Assembly (NCBI GenBank): GCA_000004985.1
Contig: GG738905.1
Strand: one strand, 5' to 3'
DNA: 64,000 bases
Origin: Naegleria gruberi
Taxonomy: Eukaryota
The notes under the pieces are model-generated. The model ran no database searches. It saw only the letters and a program-made list of their open reading frames with translations, and was not told where the DNA came from. Position numbers and translations under genes: made by a program. Positions 1-10,732 of the stretch are shown one piece after another; the stretch's first letter is position 1; every line of letters starts with the position of its first letter.

Positions 1-330
1 TGATGAATGGATTTACGTGGATTCTCAATGGAGTAAGCCATGGTGTTAAATAAAATACTATTTTTAATTGATTGTTAATTTCGAAAATATTATTCCAAAT
101 GTTAATAAACTTTTATTACACTACTTTAATAATATAAACTAATATTGTAATTTAACATCAACAAGGCTTGATTTAATTATTTAAAAAAAAATATTAAAAA
201 TCCGATTCCAAGATGATCAATACAACAACATCATCAACAATAATAAATAAATCCAATAATAATAATACTCATCATCAACAAAGTAAATAATTTCGGAGCC
301 TCTTCTCTCATTAATGAACAATCACTTTCA

Positions 331-984
331 ATGCCAAACAATTCCCAAAAACAAAATTCAATGGAACAATATGATCCCGAATTGAAAAAGAAATTGAAAA
401 TATTAAAAAAGGAATATTTAAAACAAAAAGCAGAGTTGGAAAGATTGGCACAAATTGCACTTTGTCAACAAGAAGAATTAAAACAAAAAGATTATCAAAT
501 TAAGAAATATAAACAACAATGTGAAGAACAATCAATTAAACTTTCAGAATACGAATCACAATTACAAATAGAACGAGAATTATGTGAAGGAGCTATTAGA
601 ATGAAAAAATCACAACAAGGGACGGCGACAAATGTTGCTGTTAATAATAATCAAGAAAAGGAAAAATCAAATCAACCACTTTCAGATAATGATCTTTCTC
701 TATTATTATTAGATGAAGGATTAACAACGAAGGATATTATGGAAAAGACATATAAATATTTACAGGATGATACCTATACTTTCATGTTAAATACAGATGA
801 ATATCAGGAAGAAGAAACAATTTCATCACTGAAACAGGAAATTGCTGCATTGAGAGAGGAAAATTTCACACTCAGAGAAGAAAAACACAAACTCAATATT
901 GAAAAGGTACATTTATATGAACTAGTACATGATCTCAATCAGAATTATCTTCGTTCCCAACAACCAAACAATAACACAAATTAA
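331..984 (+). CDS. coiled-coil protein of unknown function (217 aa)
   Basis: Uninterrupted ORF with an A-rich context before the ATG. Heptad-like K/E/Q-rich sequence (KKEYLKQKAELERLAQ, ALREENFTLREEKHKL). No recognisable catalytic motif. Confidence 0.45.
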   Translation: MPNNSQKQNSMEQYDPELKKKLKILKKEYLKQKAELERLAQIALCQQEELKQKDYQIKKYKQQCEEQSIKLSEYESQLQIERELCEGAIRMKKSQQGTATNVAVNNNQEKEKSNQPLSDNDLSLLLLDEGLTTKDIMEKTYKYLQDDTYTFMLNTDEYQEEETISSLKQEIAALREENFTLREEKHKLNIEKVHLYELVHDLNQNYLRSQQPNNNTN

Positions 985-1051
985 CTTTTTTGTAATCCAT
1001 TATCAATATGAAACACGTGTTCAAGTTAAAAAAAGAATACTTTGAAAAAAA

Positions 1052-3145
1052 ATGAATTACATTAGACAGAGATTTTTATTGGTTGTTTTGTTGTTGGTAA
1101 TTGTTAGCACTATACCTTCTTCGGAATGTAAAATTAACAAACAAGAATTTGATCCAAATAATTTTTTTAACTTTGTACAAATAACAGATGTTCATATTGA
1201 AGATTTCACATCATTGTTAAATAGACCTTCATTTCTAAAGGAAGCACAAGAAAGGTACAATGATTATATTACACTAACTCAGAATATATTACCAAATTTT
1301 GTAAAACCTCATGTAATAACAATAACAGGTGATTTAACTCATGCAATTGCTCTGAATTTTGCTAACAGATCATTGGACTGGATTGACCGAAAGATAAATA
1401 TCTATGTTCCTGGACAATGTGAAGAACAATGGGAGTTTTATTCAAATATTACAAATCTTGCTAATGAACAGTTAGTTAATTCAATGAAAAATTCACACAG
1501 CTCAATCAAGATTGTTTATCCATTTGAGGAGGATATTTCAAATCAAAGAATATTTGATTTACCAGGAAACCATGATGCATTTGGTGTTAGTAATAAGATG
1601 GATGAAAACAAATGGCTATTTTTGAAATATTCTAAAAGTGCAAAGTTTTTTAATAACGGTCAATTTTATGTTTTTGATTTGAAAAATAATTTTGGAAAAT
1701 TTAGATATTTAATGTTTGACTCAACTCCAATAATTGGAAGTTATAGACCTGTGAATTTTTTCTCTTCAATTCAAATTTCACAATTGAGAAAACTTGAAGA
1801 ATTTTTGAGTAGTAACTCTGAAGGAATTTCACAAACATTTGCTTTTGGCCACTATCCATCATCAATGATTTCAATTATTGAGAATGATGGATCTGTATCT
1901 AATACTTATACAATTCAAGATTTTTACAAAAGATTTAATATTATTTCATATTTTAGTGGACATTTACATAAGGAATTCTTTGAAATGTCAAAATATATGC
2001 CAAAGAGTGGACATATTGAAATTCAAAGTCCTGATTTTAAAAAGGAGAGAAGTTTTAAAATTATAACAATGGATAATAATAGAATTGGGTTTAAGGATTT
2101 TACTGTTAGCGAACTGGAGAAAAAACCAGGAGTAATTATTTCGCATCCAAAGGATTGTAGATTTATCACTGATAGAGAGCCAAAAGTGTTCAATGATAAT
2201 TTCATTAGATTATTCATCGTTTATCCATATAATATTGAAAGTGACAAGTTGAATGTTATTGTAAAGCTTGATGGAAATGTTATGGATGAAAATCTCATAA
2301 TAACTAGAGGCCAATCCGAGTATAGAATCAATTTTGATTTCAATAATTTACCAAATGATTCCTCTATCCACAAAATAACTGTAGAATTTGATGGAAGCTC
2401 CATAGTTGAACATTTATTTACAAAGGATGATTCACTTTGTGAACCAGTAAATCTCTCACGCACAGATACAATAAGGTCATTTATTTCATGGTGCGTTTTG
2501 AGCTTGGATTGGAGAACAATATTTAGAGATGTTACTCATTACTCTTGTATTGCATCTGTATTCATATTATTAGCATCAAAATTTATGTTTTTAAGGAGAG
2601 TTACATTTATTGAAGTGATATCACTAGTGCTCCAATCTGTTTCTATGAGATATGGTCTTTGGTTTTTAGGAGTACTAACTGAAGATAATAGATTTGGAGG
2701 ATTACTCAATTTAACATACTTTTACTTTAATTCTGATCCAATCAATACACTAGAACCTATTCACAAATTGGAGCCATTCACTGCTCTCTCAGCTCATTTC
2801 AATAGAGTTACCATTATTGATGACAGCTCTCTATTTTTCACACTTATTGGTCCAACTTTCGTTTTCTCACATTTGGCAATTATTATTGGATACCTATTAT
2901 TGGAATGTCTCGACAGGATTGAAAGCAGATATCACAAAAAATATTTCAAATTGAGAATACTCTTATTTCTAATTATTTCCATTTCTCATATGGTTGGATT
3001 TTTCAATTTCTATAGAAAATATGTTAGATCATATGGCAAAATTGTCTTATTCACATCATTTAACAATGTAATGTTCCCATTTTTGAATATGTCAATAATG
3101 GCAGCTCGAACATACAACGATTGTACAAAGCAAAAAGTTGAATAA
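1052..3145 (+). CDS. TMEM62-like transmembrane metallophosphoesterase (697 aa): signal peptide, calcineurin-like phosphoesterase domain, C-terminal multi-pass membrane region
   Basis: N-terminal hydrophobic signal (LLVVLLLVIVSTIPSS). Metallophosphoesterase motifs are present in order: DVH (ITDVHIED), GDxxH (ITGDLTHA), GNHD (LPGNHDAFG), GHLH (FSGHLHKE). Several predicted TM helices follow in the C-terminal 250 aa, which is the architecture of TMEM62. No intron. Confidence 0.6.
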   Translation: MNYIRQRFLLVVLLLVIVSTIPSSECKINKQEFDPNNFFNFVQITDVHIEDFTSLLNRPSFLKEAQERYNDYITLTQNILPNFVKPHVITITGDLTHAIALNFANRSLDWIDRKINIYVPGQCEEQWEFYSNITNLANEQLVNSMKNSHSSIKIVYPFEEDISNQRIFDLPGNHDAFGVSNKMDENKWLFLKYSKSAKFFNNGQFYVFDLKNNFGKFRYLMFDSTPIIGSYRPVNFFSSIQISQLRKLEEFLSSNSEGISQTFAFGHYPSSMISIIENDGSVSNTYTIQDFYKRFNIISYFSGHLHKEFFEMSKYMPKSGHIEIQSPDFKKERSFKIITMDNNRIGFKDFTVSELEKKPGVIISHPKDCRFITDREPKVFNDNFIRLFIVYPYNIESDKLNVIVKLDGNVMDENLIITRGQSEYRINFDFNNLPNDSSIHKITVEFDGSSIVEHLFTKDDSLCEPVNLSRTDTIRSFISWCVLSLDWRTIFRDVTHYSCIASVFILLASKFMFLRRVTFIEVISLVLQSVSMRYGLWFLGVLTEDNRFGGLLNLTYFYFNSDPINTLEPIHKLEPFTALSAHFNRVTIIDDSSLFFTLIGPTFVFSHLAIIIGYLLLECLDRIESRYHKKYFKLRILLFLIISISHMVGFFNFYRKYVRSYGKIVLFTSFNNVMFPFLNMSIMAARTYNDCTKQKVE

Positions 3146-3155
3146 ACTCCATTAT

Positions 3156-3983
3156 CTACTTGTCAAATACCTTTAGACTTTCCAAACAAGAGTCAACTAT
3201 TAAACTCTCCTTTGAATTCAACTTGTTAACTAAATCATATAATTCCTCACTATCCTTGAATCCTTGCTCAAATTTTTTCAACGTGGTTGCTATAAGTTTT
3301 TGATTTACAGGCATATTAAGATCTACTAAACTCTTGGTCGTTTGATTATTTAACGAGTTTTGCTGTTGTGATTGCATATATCTCAAATATAATTCATCCG
3401 TAGATGACATTCCATATCGTTGATTAATCTTTTCCTCTGGTTCTTCATTATTCTTTCGTTTTGCCAGCAGAACATCCACATAATAATACATGAAAACAGT
3501 GTGGAGAAATATTTGTTGTTCCTCTTTAGTACGTAATTGAGCAACAAGTCTTTGAAATTCAATTGTATGTTTAGCAAAATATTCTAAATTATCCTCAAAG
3601 AACTGTAAAGTATTAAAAACAAATGGAGTGAAATTTGCGTTTGGTAAAGCCTTTTTTCTTAACTTTTCCAAATTCTTTTGTTTCTTTTCTAAAATTTCAA
3701 TTTTTGTTAATTCCTTTTCCTTTTCTAACTTTTTAGCTTCCTCCTCCTCTTTTTTACTTATCTTTTCTTGTTGTTTTAAAAGCATGGTTAGGAAATCCTT
3801 TGTATTTGATTTATTTGCACTCGTCTTTTTTCTCTTTTCTTCCTCGAATTGTTTCATAAATTCCTCCAGGAAGGGAGCATTTAGTTTACTCTTTTCCGAT
3901 GGTTGTTTACTTGATGTTTTCATCTGAGGAAGGGAGGAATTCGGTTTTTTGATAGCAGTTTGTGGTTGTGCTCGTTTCTTCAT
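3156..3983 (-). CDS. K/E-rich coiled-coil protein, unknown function (275 aa)
   Basis: Long minus-strand ORF with charged low-complexity sequence (EEEAKKLEKEKELTKIEILEKKQKNLEKLRKK). Overlapping plus-strand ORFs look like antisense artefacts. Confidence 0.4.
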   Translation of the reverse strand: MKKRAQPQTAIKKPNSSLPQMKTSSKQPSEKSKLNAPFLEEFMKQFEEEKRKKTSANKSNTKDFLTMLLKQQEKISKKEEEEAKKLEKEKELTKIEILEKKQKNLEKLRKKALPNANFTPFVFNTLQFFEDNLEYFAKHTIEFQRLVAQLRTKEEQQIFLHTVFMYYYVDVLLAKRKNNEEPEEKINQRYGMSSTDELYLRYMQSQQQNSLNNQTTKSLVDLNMPVNQKLIATTLKKFEQGFKDSEELYDLVNKLNSKESLIVDSCLESLKVFDK

Positions 3984-4041
3984 TTTTTTTCAATTAAATT
4001 ATTTATTAATAAATGGTATTTAATAAATATTATTTAATAAT

Positions 4042-5680
4042 TTATTCTTTTGTTTGTATTGTAATGTCAGAGAATGGTCCACAAATATTCTGAGAATCAA
4101 TAAATATTTTCATCATTCTATAAGCTTTTGAAATGGTAGGTCTAAGTTGAAAATGGAATTTGGTGAGATCGGATGATTCCCATCTTCTTGTACCATTTAC
4201 AGAACAGACACTTCCACCAAAGATATAGACACTATTTCTATTATAATCCAGACTCATTGAAAAATAGTTTCGTCCAACAAATGTTTCATCAAATTCTGAG
4301 ATATTAAGCTCGTGAGGTGATCTCTTTGCTTCATTTGATTCTTGCCCAAATATTTGTCCAACTCCTTGTAAACATGACTCATCTGATGCAGCGATTGAAT
4401 GTTTGGTATCAACCAAGTACACAACTTCAGGATCATGACTTGAAAGTGTATCACAAACTTGCCATGTTAATTCCTCAACATCAAATATTAAAACATCTCT
4501 TGTGAAATCCTGTGGCTGATCTCTAGTATGACATGTACCACCAAAAGATAATAACTTGGTTGGTGATATCTTTACCATGTTATGAGAACGAGTTTTTGGA
4601 GTTTTAACCCAAAAATTCTTTGTCATTACTCTGTATTCGTCTGGTATTTTCTTAAATGCTGGTATTGGAGAGCTACATGGAATGGCTGTCGATTCAACCT
4701 TAATCCATGTATTTGTTTTAAAGTAGAAAATGAGTGAATCATTACTAACCTTATTAGTTAGAAAATGAATAAATCATTACTAACCTCATTGGTGCATTCT
4801 CTCCAGATCTTAATTTTCCTCCAAACACTACCATTGCATCAATCTTATCAAAATATAAACTTTGATGATAGGCAACTGTTGATGTGACATGTTCGAATCC
4901 AAACATTTTTTCCTTTTTCATGTCTTGAAATTCAACAGTTCCTGCTACATGATCCAACAATACTCTATAGAATGAATTTGTGAAAACTAAATTTCCTCCA
5001 TGACCTCCATAAACATAATATTCTCCATTCCTACGTTTTACTATGGTATGTCCTTCAAGGCCTGGAAGCCATTGTGATGATATGTATCGTCTCCAAATAA
5101 ATGTTTTCATATCAATTCCATAAAATTCATTTGACAGAGTTCTTCCTTGTTTCAACCCTCCATATCTATTAGTAATAGTATTATTAAATATTATTAATTA
5201 AAAACATACAAAAAGACTTCCTTTAAATCATCATCATAATAACATGCTGGAAATATTCTACCTCCATAACAACCATTATATGTTTTCACCTCCTCTACAG
5301 CAATTTTCTCTAATTTAAATCATCATCATCAATTCATAGGAATGATGATAAATTTACATCAATCAACAAAACAAACCTGTTTCTTCATATAATCTATTAA
5401 TTTCATCCAAATGAATTCTCATTAAACAATAATCATTCACAACAGAATTAAAACTGTGCCAAATATTAGAACCCATGAAAATATACAAATAATCATCACA
5501 AATAAATTGATAATTGTGAGAATTTTCAAAATAACGTGATGTTGTAGGATCAATATTATGAGTTGGATATCGGATCGTTGTTGTTCTTTGTTTATCGATA
5601 GTATCACCATCAACATATAATTGTTTAACCTTATCAATAACAAAATCTAAATGAGGTTTTAGTGGTGTTTGTTGTGACAT
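4042..5680 (-). CDS. kelch-repeat (beta-propeller) protein, 4 exons, about 470 aa
   Basis: Exons on the minus strand are 5377..5680, 5210..5309, 4785..5165 and 4042..4672. Introns are 5310..5376 (67 nt, GTTTGT..TAG), 5166..5209 (44 nt, GTATGT..CTAATAG) and 4673..4784 (112 nt, GTTAGT..TGTAG). Phases are consistent across the junctions (ETG|EKIAVEEV, FL|YGGLKQGRTL, PMS|SPIPAFKK). Kelch-like blade motifs YVYGGHGG, IFGG, VVFGGK and IFMGSN. Confidence 0.6.
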
Positions 5681-5942
5681 TTTTTTCAGTTACTAATCAT
5701 ACAATTACAATGAATATTGCACATTTGATCATCAAATACATCCTATTACAATAATGTAAAACCATAGATGGTCAACCATAATTGAAACATTTGAATTGTT
5801 TACAATGAAATAGATTACTCCGACTTGGATTCTTCACAAAGATGACCATGAGCCTGTACTGTACCTTAATAGTTAACGTAGTTGATGCCGATTGGGAAAA
5901 CTGTAGTTAGCAGATAAACAACATCTTTAAAAAAAACACCAC

Positions 5943-6955
5943 ATGACCACACAACAAGAATCACTGAGGACTTGGTTAATTTGTTGTCTCTTTGTAGTAG
6001 CTTTTATTGCCTCCATACAACCATATTACTCTGTATTATCAACAACAACCACTAATACATCATCATCAAGTTGTTCAACAGAGGATGGTTATCTGATTTA
6101 CAACAGGAAGCAATAACATTGCAAAATACTGTATCCAAGTTGGAGAAGGCCGTTGGAGTGTTGAATACAACCAATACTAATAGTACCTCACAAATAATTG
6201 CAATGAGAGTTTCTCAGTTGAAAAAGGTAAAGACAGCCCTTAATAATCTTAACTTGGAAATTCAAGTTATTAGTGATAGATGTAATAATTATGATGGAGA
6301 TGATTGTAACATTACAAGAGCATTGAATATTACTGGTGAATTTATGTATTTTAGTTTTGACAATGGTGATTTAGCTGACAAGTATGGAATTCCAACTGAA
6401 TCCTATGGAATGTCATTCAGTGATGCTTCCCCTAGAAAGCCATATTATGGTAAATATGCTGTGTTCAACAAAGCTACTTCTTCAAACTTTAATACAAATA
6501 GTCCAACATGGGTAACTTTTGGTACTGGTAAATCTCTTTCACTGTGGCTTAGAAAGTTAACTAATACGGATTCAGGTGTTGTTTGGAGCTTTCTAATGAG
6601 CCAACCTCCTTTATTTCAACACATGGGAAGTAATGGTTTAGCTTCAAGTGATAATCTTGAATTTTATTGGAAAACATCATCAACATTACCAATAAGGTTT
6701 TATTCTTCATCCAAATTGTTAGACAATGAATGGCATCATCTTGCTGTTGTTTGCAAGGCAACTGGAGTTGATATTTATATTGATGGAGTTTTAGACAATT
6801 CCAGTTCATCAACTTTTGATCCAGTAACAAGTAATATTAAGTTTGGCGGCCTCCAAGGTATCAACTCTGCTTTTTTCAGTGGTCACATGGACGAAATTAG
6901 AATGTTCAATGTTGAATTAACAGCTGCCCAAATCCAACAAATTTATAATTATTAA
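5943..6955 (+). CDS. signal-anchored protein with a C-terminal laminin-G/concanavalin-A-like lectin domain, 2 exons
   Basis: Exon 1 (5943..6032) encodes MTTQQESLRTWLICCLFVVAFIASIQPYYS, a hydrophobic signal/anchor. A 38-nt intron at 6033..6070 (GTATTA..CAAG) has ACTAAT 15 nt upstream of the acceptor. Exon 2 (6071..6955) has a LamG/pentraxin-like jelly-roll C-terminus (WHHLAVVCKATGVDIYIDGVLD...GHMDEIRMFNVELTAAQIQQIY). Confidence 0.5.
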
Positions 6956-7039
6956 ATCCCACTCAACAGAGTTGGTAAATGAATAAATTCAATATTGTTT
7001 ATTTACATATTAGTACATTTCAATAACCTGAAGAATTTC

Positions 7040-7486
7040 TTACTTCATAAAGGTCAAACATTTTTCAATCATTAGACTTTCATCAATTTCAGAACCATGT
7101 GAACATTGAATAGTTCCAGTCATTCCTTTAAATTTTTTCTTAACTAAATTTGTAGCTGCAGTAAATAAAAACTTTTCCCAAACATTGGTTTCATCCGGAC
7201 ACCAAGTAAGGAACATTATCTTACTTCTGATTCCTTCTCTGAGTTGAGTATTTTCAGTAGGCATTTCGAAACTCAATAAATAGCAGATGAAACGAGTGTT
7301 CTTTGGAGGAAGTTTTGGGATCAATTCGTCCAATGTGGCAAGGTTGGTCAATTCTGCATCAATTTGAATGAAATTGTCTTGCATTTTCAATACTAGAAAC
7401 TTTACATCCTTATAGACACCTTTTCCTAATCTCATTTCGTCGTAGTTTTTGACTACTTCATCGTTGATATCACAATTTTGCAACAT
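7040..7486 (-). CDS. ADF-H domain protein (cofilin/ADF/GMF family), about 148 aa
   Basis: ADF-homology pattern CDINDEVVKNYDEMRLGKGVYKDVKFLVLKMQDNFIQID ... RFICYLLSFE ... KIMFLTWCPDETNVWEKFLFTAATNLVKKKFKGMTG. Start is taken at the internal ATG (MLQNCDIN) because the upstream part of the track ORF has no domain homology. Confidence 0.55.
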   Translation of the reverse strand: MLQNCDINDEVVKNYDEMRLGKGVYKDVKFLVLKMQDNFIQIDAELTNLATLDELIPKLPPKNTRFICYLLSFEMPTENTQLREGIRSKIMFLTWCPDETNVWEKFLFTAATNLVKKKFKGMTGTIQCSHGSEIDESLMIEKCLTFMK

Positions 7487-7782
7487 TGTTATAAACTGGT
7501 TGTTTTGATTTTTGTTTTGATAATATTGAAGGTTTGGAACAAAAGATTTAGCAGGATTTAAGCTCACTTGAACTGTATCAAAATGAAGACAGGTGATTAA
7601 CTTGAAAGATTGGTGGTGCATCAACCAATAGAATTGTTGTATTTTTGATGGACAAGCGGAATTTTGCATTTCATCAACTTGGTATTGTAAACTTTCCAAT
7701 ACAAAGATCACAAATAAATTTGATACAAAATTCAATTAAATAATTTTAAAACATTAAATTTGAGTGGAATTTTTAGAAAAAA

Positions 7783-9528
7783 ATGGAATCACCTCTCAAA
7801 AAGAAGAAACTCGATCACAACACAATAATACCACGAGAGGAAGAAAATATTACTTCTAATGAAAATGTTAAAATAATATTTTCTAATGAATTATCAGAGA
7901 GTTTAATGTTGAAGAAAAAACTAGGAGGAAATAAAGTCCGAACTTTCCATATAATGATGTCATCCTCCTCTGTTAGTATTGATGGTTTATATGATATAGA
8001 TTCGAAGCAAGTAAGAGCGTGTCCACAGAGGAAATGGTTAATTCTTGGTACAGGTAAAGAGATTTTAATATATGATTCGGAAAGTGGGAAATTGCTACGA
8101 ACAATTAAATTAAGGCATTATTTATTTGATTTGGATAGTAGTGGGGAATGTTTGTACATCTATTCGGATAGGAGGATGAGGAAAACGAAACTTGATTTAT
8201 CTTCGGAATGGAAAAGCTGTAAATTTTCAGTGGATCGCTTTACTGTTTGTGAATCCAAGAATGAAATTTATACCATTCACAAGTTGGATATCACTGTTTT
8301 GGATTCTAATAATGGCTCAGTTAAGAGGAGCATTGACATAGGTGAGGATTTCAGTAAGAAGTGGAGATGCACAAAAATTTCATACGACGAGAAGGAGGGA
8401 AAGATTTATCTTTCAGGTAGGGCTGCATTAGAATCAGATGACAGCAGTACTAGTTCAAATGATTCTTCAGATGAAGAACCTGGTGGTTGCGGTGTTATCA
8501 TCGTTGAGGAACGAACTGAGGAACGCAATTATGTAAAATGTGAGGATGGTGTTGATTTTACCATGCCATTTGGAAAGTATTTTGCGTGTTTCACATTTTC
8601 TGATATGGCGTATATCTATGATTCTAAGACAAAAGATTTATTGTCAACCTTTTACTCTACGGATATCTGTGAAGAAGACGAAAGGATCACTTATTTTGAC
8701 AGCGTTACTAATACATTATTCTGTCAAAAAAAAGAAAGAATTTACTGTGGAAAACTTAACATTATGGAGAGCTTAATTGAGACACCAATCAACAAAGAAA
8801 CATGCTTTGCTCTTGAGAAATTGGGAGGTAAATTACCAACAGCTATTACAATGTTTCAATCTACCAATTCATTTAATTTTCCAGAATGCTTAGAGTACTT
8901 GACTGGAATTAAGTTTGCAAATAGGAAGTTGTGGTACATTGATGAAGAGATTGCAAAATATTTTACATTTAAAAAACGCTCGGAACCCTCAACAACAATG
9001 AAGAAATGGATGAAAGAAAATGATGCCATATTGATTGGAGGTTGTTATGACGATTCAAAATTGGAACGTAACAAGTTTGGAGTTTGTCTCTTTGCAAAGA
9101 AATCAGAAGTTTCTAACACAACAAGTGGTGATTTCCCAATTTATTTGTATTACAAAAAAAATAATGATAATAATAATGTAATTAAGAGGTTTTATCTATC
9201 AGAGTTTATTTCCAAATTGGGGACTGCAGAGCTAGTCAAAGAAGAAGATAACTATTTGATTTATTTTGAAAAAATTTATGAAGAATTATTGAAACAAGGA
9301 ATTATTGATTCAGAAAAGAGAGAACTCAATCAATCTCTTTTATTTGAGCAATATCAGAAACTGTTTTGTGATATTAACGAAAAATATGGAAGTTTGGGAC
9401 AGCATTTCCAATTTTCAACAATTAGATTTGAACAAAAAGATTACAAAAAGATTGATTTGCTTGTATTATCTGAATATTGTAGTAATTATTGTGTTGTAAA
9501 TCTGGATGATGTTTATTGGAATAAGTAA
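7783..9528 (+). CDS. hypothetical protein (581 aa)
   Basis: Long uninterrupted ORF with an A-rich Kozak-like context (gaaaaaaATGgaa). Mixed composition with Ser/Asp-rich patches. No family recognised by eye. Confidence 0.4.
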   Translation: MESPLKKKKLDHNTIIPREEENITSNENVKIIFSNELSESLMLKKKLGGNKVRTFHIMMSSSSVSIDGLYDIDSKQVRACPQRKWLILGTGKEILIYDSESGKLLRTIKLRHYLFDLDSSGECLYIYSDRRMRKTKLDLSSEWKSCKFSVDRFTVCESKNEIYTIHKLDITVLDSNNGSVKRSIDIGEDFSKKWRCTKISYDEKEGKIYLSGRAALESDDSSTSSNDSSDEEPGGCGVIIVEERTEERNYVKCEDGVDFTMPFGKYFACFTFSDMAYIYDSKTKDLLSTFYSTDICEEDERITYFDSVTNTLFCQKKERIYCGKLNIMESLIETPINKETCFALEKLGGKLPTAITMFQSTNSFNFPECLEYLTGIKFANRKLWYIDEEIAKYFTFKKRSEPSTTMKKWMKENDAILIGGCYDDSKLERNKFGVCLFAKKSEVSNTTSGDFPIYLYYKKNNDNNNVIKRFYLSEFISKLGTAELVKEEDNYLIYFEKIYEELLKQGIIDSEKRELNQSLLFEQYQKLFCDINEKYGSLGQHFQFSTIRFEQKDYKKIDLLVLSEYCSNYCVVNLDDVYWNK

Positions 9529-9638
9529 CTGGTAATGTTTGGAAAGTAATTGAAATGGCATTGTAAACAATCCGAAATAAAAAAAGTTCCTTAAGAAATC
9601 TAAAAATATTTTTAGAATTAAAAACAAATTAAAAAATT

Positions 9639-10290
9639 TTGATCATGTCATCATCATCGGAGGAGAAAGCAACACTGAATATTAGATTATTAGATGGCAC
9701 AGCAGTTCAAGCAATATTCAAGGCCGATGCCAAACTATCTGTGGTACAGCGTTATGTTCAAACAAAAGCTGTTGAATTAAAAAAACATTTATTGCCTTTT
9801 GGGAAGGCCTACATTGAAGATAATGCTATTGAATTCCAAACTTTAAATCCAAAAGTTACATTTAAATACGAAGATTTCCCAAATATAACATTAAAAGAAG
9901 CAGGCTTATATCCTCGAGCAGCTATTTCAACAGTTCTTGTTGGTATTGATAGACAAATGAAAAAAGGATCACAAGTTGAAAAGGAAGAACGAGGTAAGTT
10001 ATTATTCTTAACTGTTACTCATCATCATAGCCATTCATAATAAGAGTAAACTCCATTCCGATCCATTAAAAGACGACTTTAAAGAAAGACTAAGAATGGA
10101 AGAAGAATTAGCCAAAAAGAAGGAACAAGAAAAGAAGAAGGAAGAATTGGAAAGACTCAGACTTCAAATCGAGGAAGACAAATCCAAGAGAAAGGAAATT
10201 GATTGGGTAGGTAATGCCTTGAGAAAGGACAAGCCAACTACTGCCACAAAATCATCACCAACACTCCCTCCATCCAATGATGATAATTAA
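9639..10290 (+). CDS. UBX-domain protein, 2 exons, about 191 aa
   Basis: Exons are 9639..9993 and 10073..10290, with a 79-nt intron (GTAAGT..AAAAG) at 9994..10072; the junction reads EER|DDFKERLRMEEEL. UBX-like core FQTLNPKVTFKYEDFPNITLKEAGLYPRAAISTV, then a K/E-rich coiled-coil tail. Confidence 0.55.
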
Positions 10291-10706
10291 TCATTTCTTT
10301 TGTAAATTCTCTCCTTCATTCTAATGTAATCATGTAAGAGCTCTTCTCGTTGTTCTCTTGTATAATTTTGTTCGAAACGTGTTGGCCAACGTTCAATATC
10401 AACATGTTCTGCATTCATTGGAGGAATATAAAAATTATTATCACTATTAGCAGCACATGTACCCTCCTCGGAACGTTCATAACTCTTCAAAACAGAAAGT
10501 AAAAAGAGGCCTTCTCTTTGTTTTCTCTGATTGATACGATCATCAAATCTTTCCTTAACAAAATTATTTTCATAATAATTAACTAATTCATAAAACAAAT
10601 AGACATAAAAAATAGAAAGAGAAAGATGGAAGGCTGGATAAGTTCTAAATTCATACTTTCCAGAAGTTAAATACTTGAATCTATTCACTAATCCTTTTAT
10701 CGACAT
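10287..10706 (-). CDS. small hypothetical protein with one predicted TM helix (139 aa)
   Basis: ORF with an A-rich start context and a hydrophobic stretch (FHLSLSIFYVYLFYELV). Its ATG lies only 26 bp from the divergent ARV1 ATG. No homology recognised. Confidence 0.35.
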   Translation of the reverse strand: MSIKGLVNRFKYLTSGKYEFRTYPAFHLSLSIFYVYLFYELVNYYENNFVKERFDDRINQRKQREGLFLLSVLKSYERSEEGTCAANSDNNFYIPPMNAEHVDIERWPTRFEQNYTREQREELLHDYIRMKERIYKRND

Positions 10707-10732
10707 TTTTTAATATTAAATTTATATTAAAA

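Noticed and set aside
1878-2463. Short ORFs (62-80 aa) inside and antisense to the TMEM62-like gene, and many similar 60-110-aa ORFs nested in other large genes (for example 3383..3577, 3628..3927, 6561..6830, 8540..8776, 25883..26360, 43102..43737, 51024..52619, 55243..58629)
   Set aside because: They overlap much longer ORFs that have clear protein-family signatures, and their low-complexity translations are typical of out-of-frame or antisense reading of AT-rich coding DNA.
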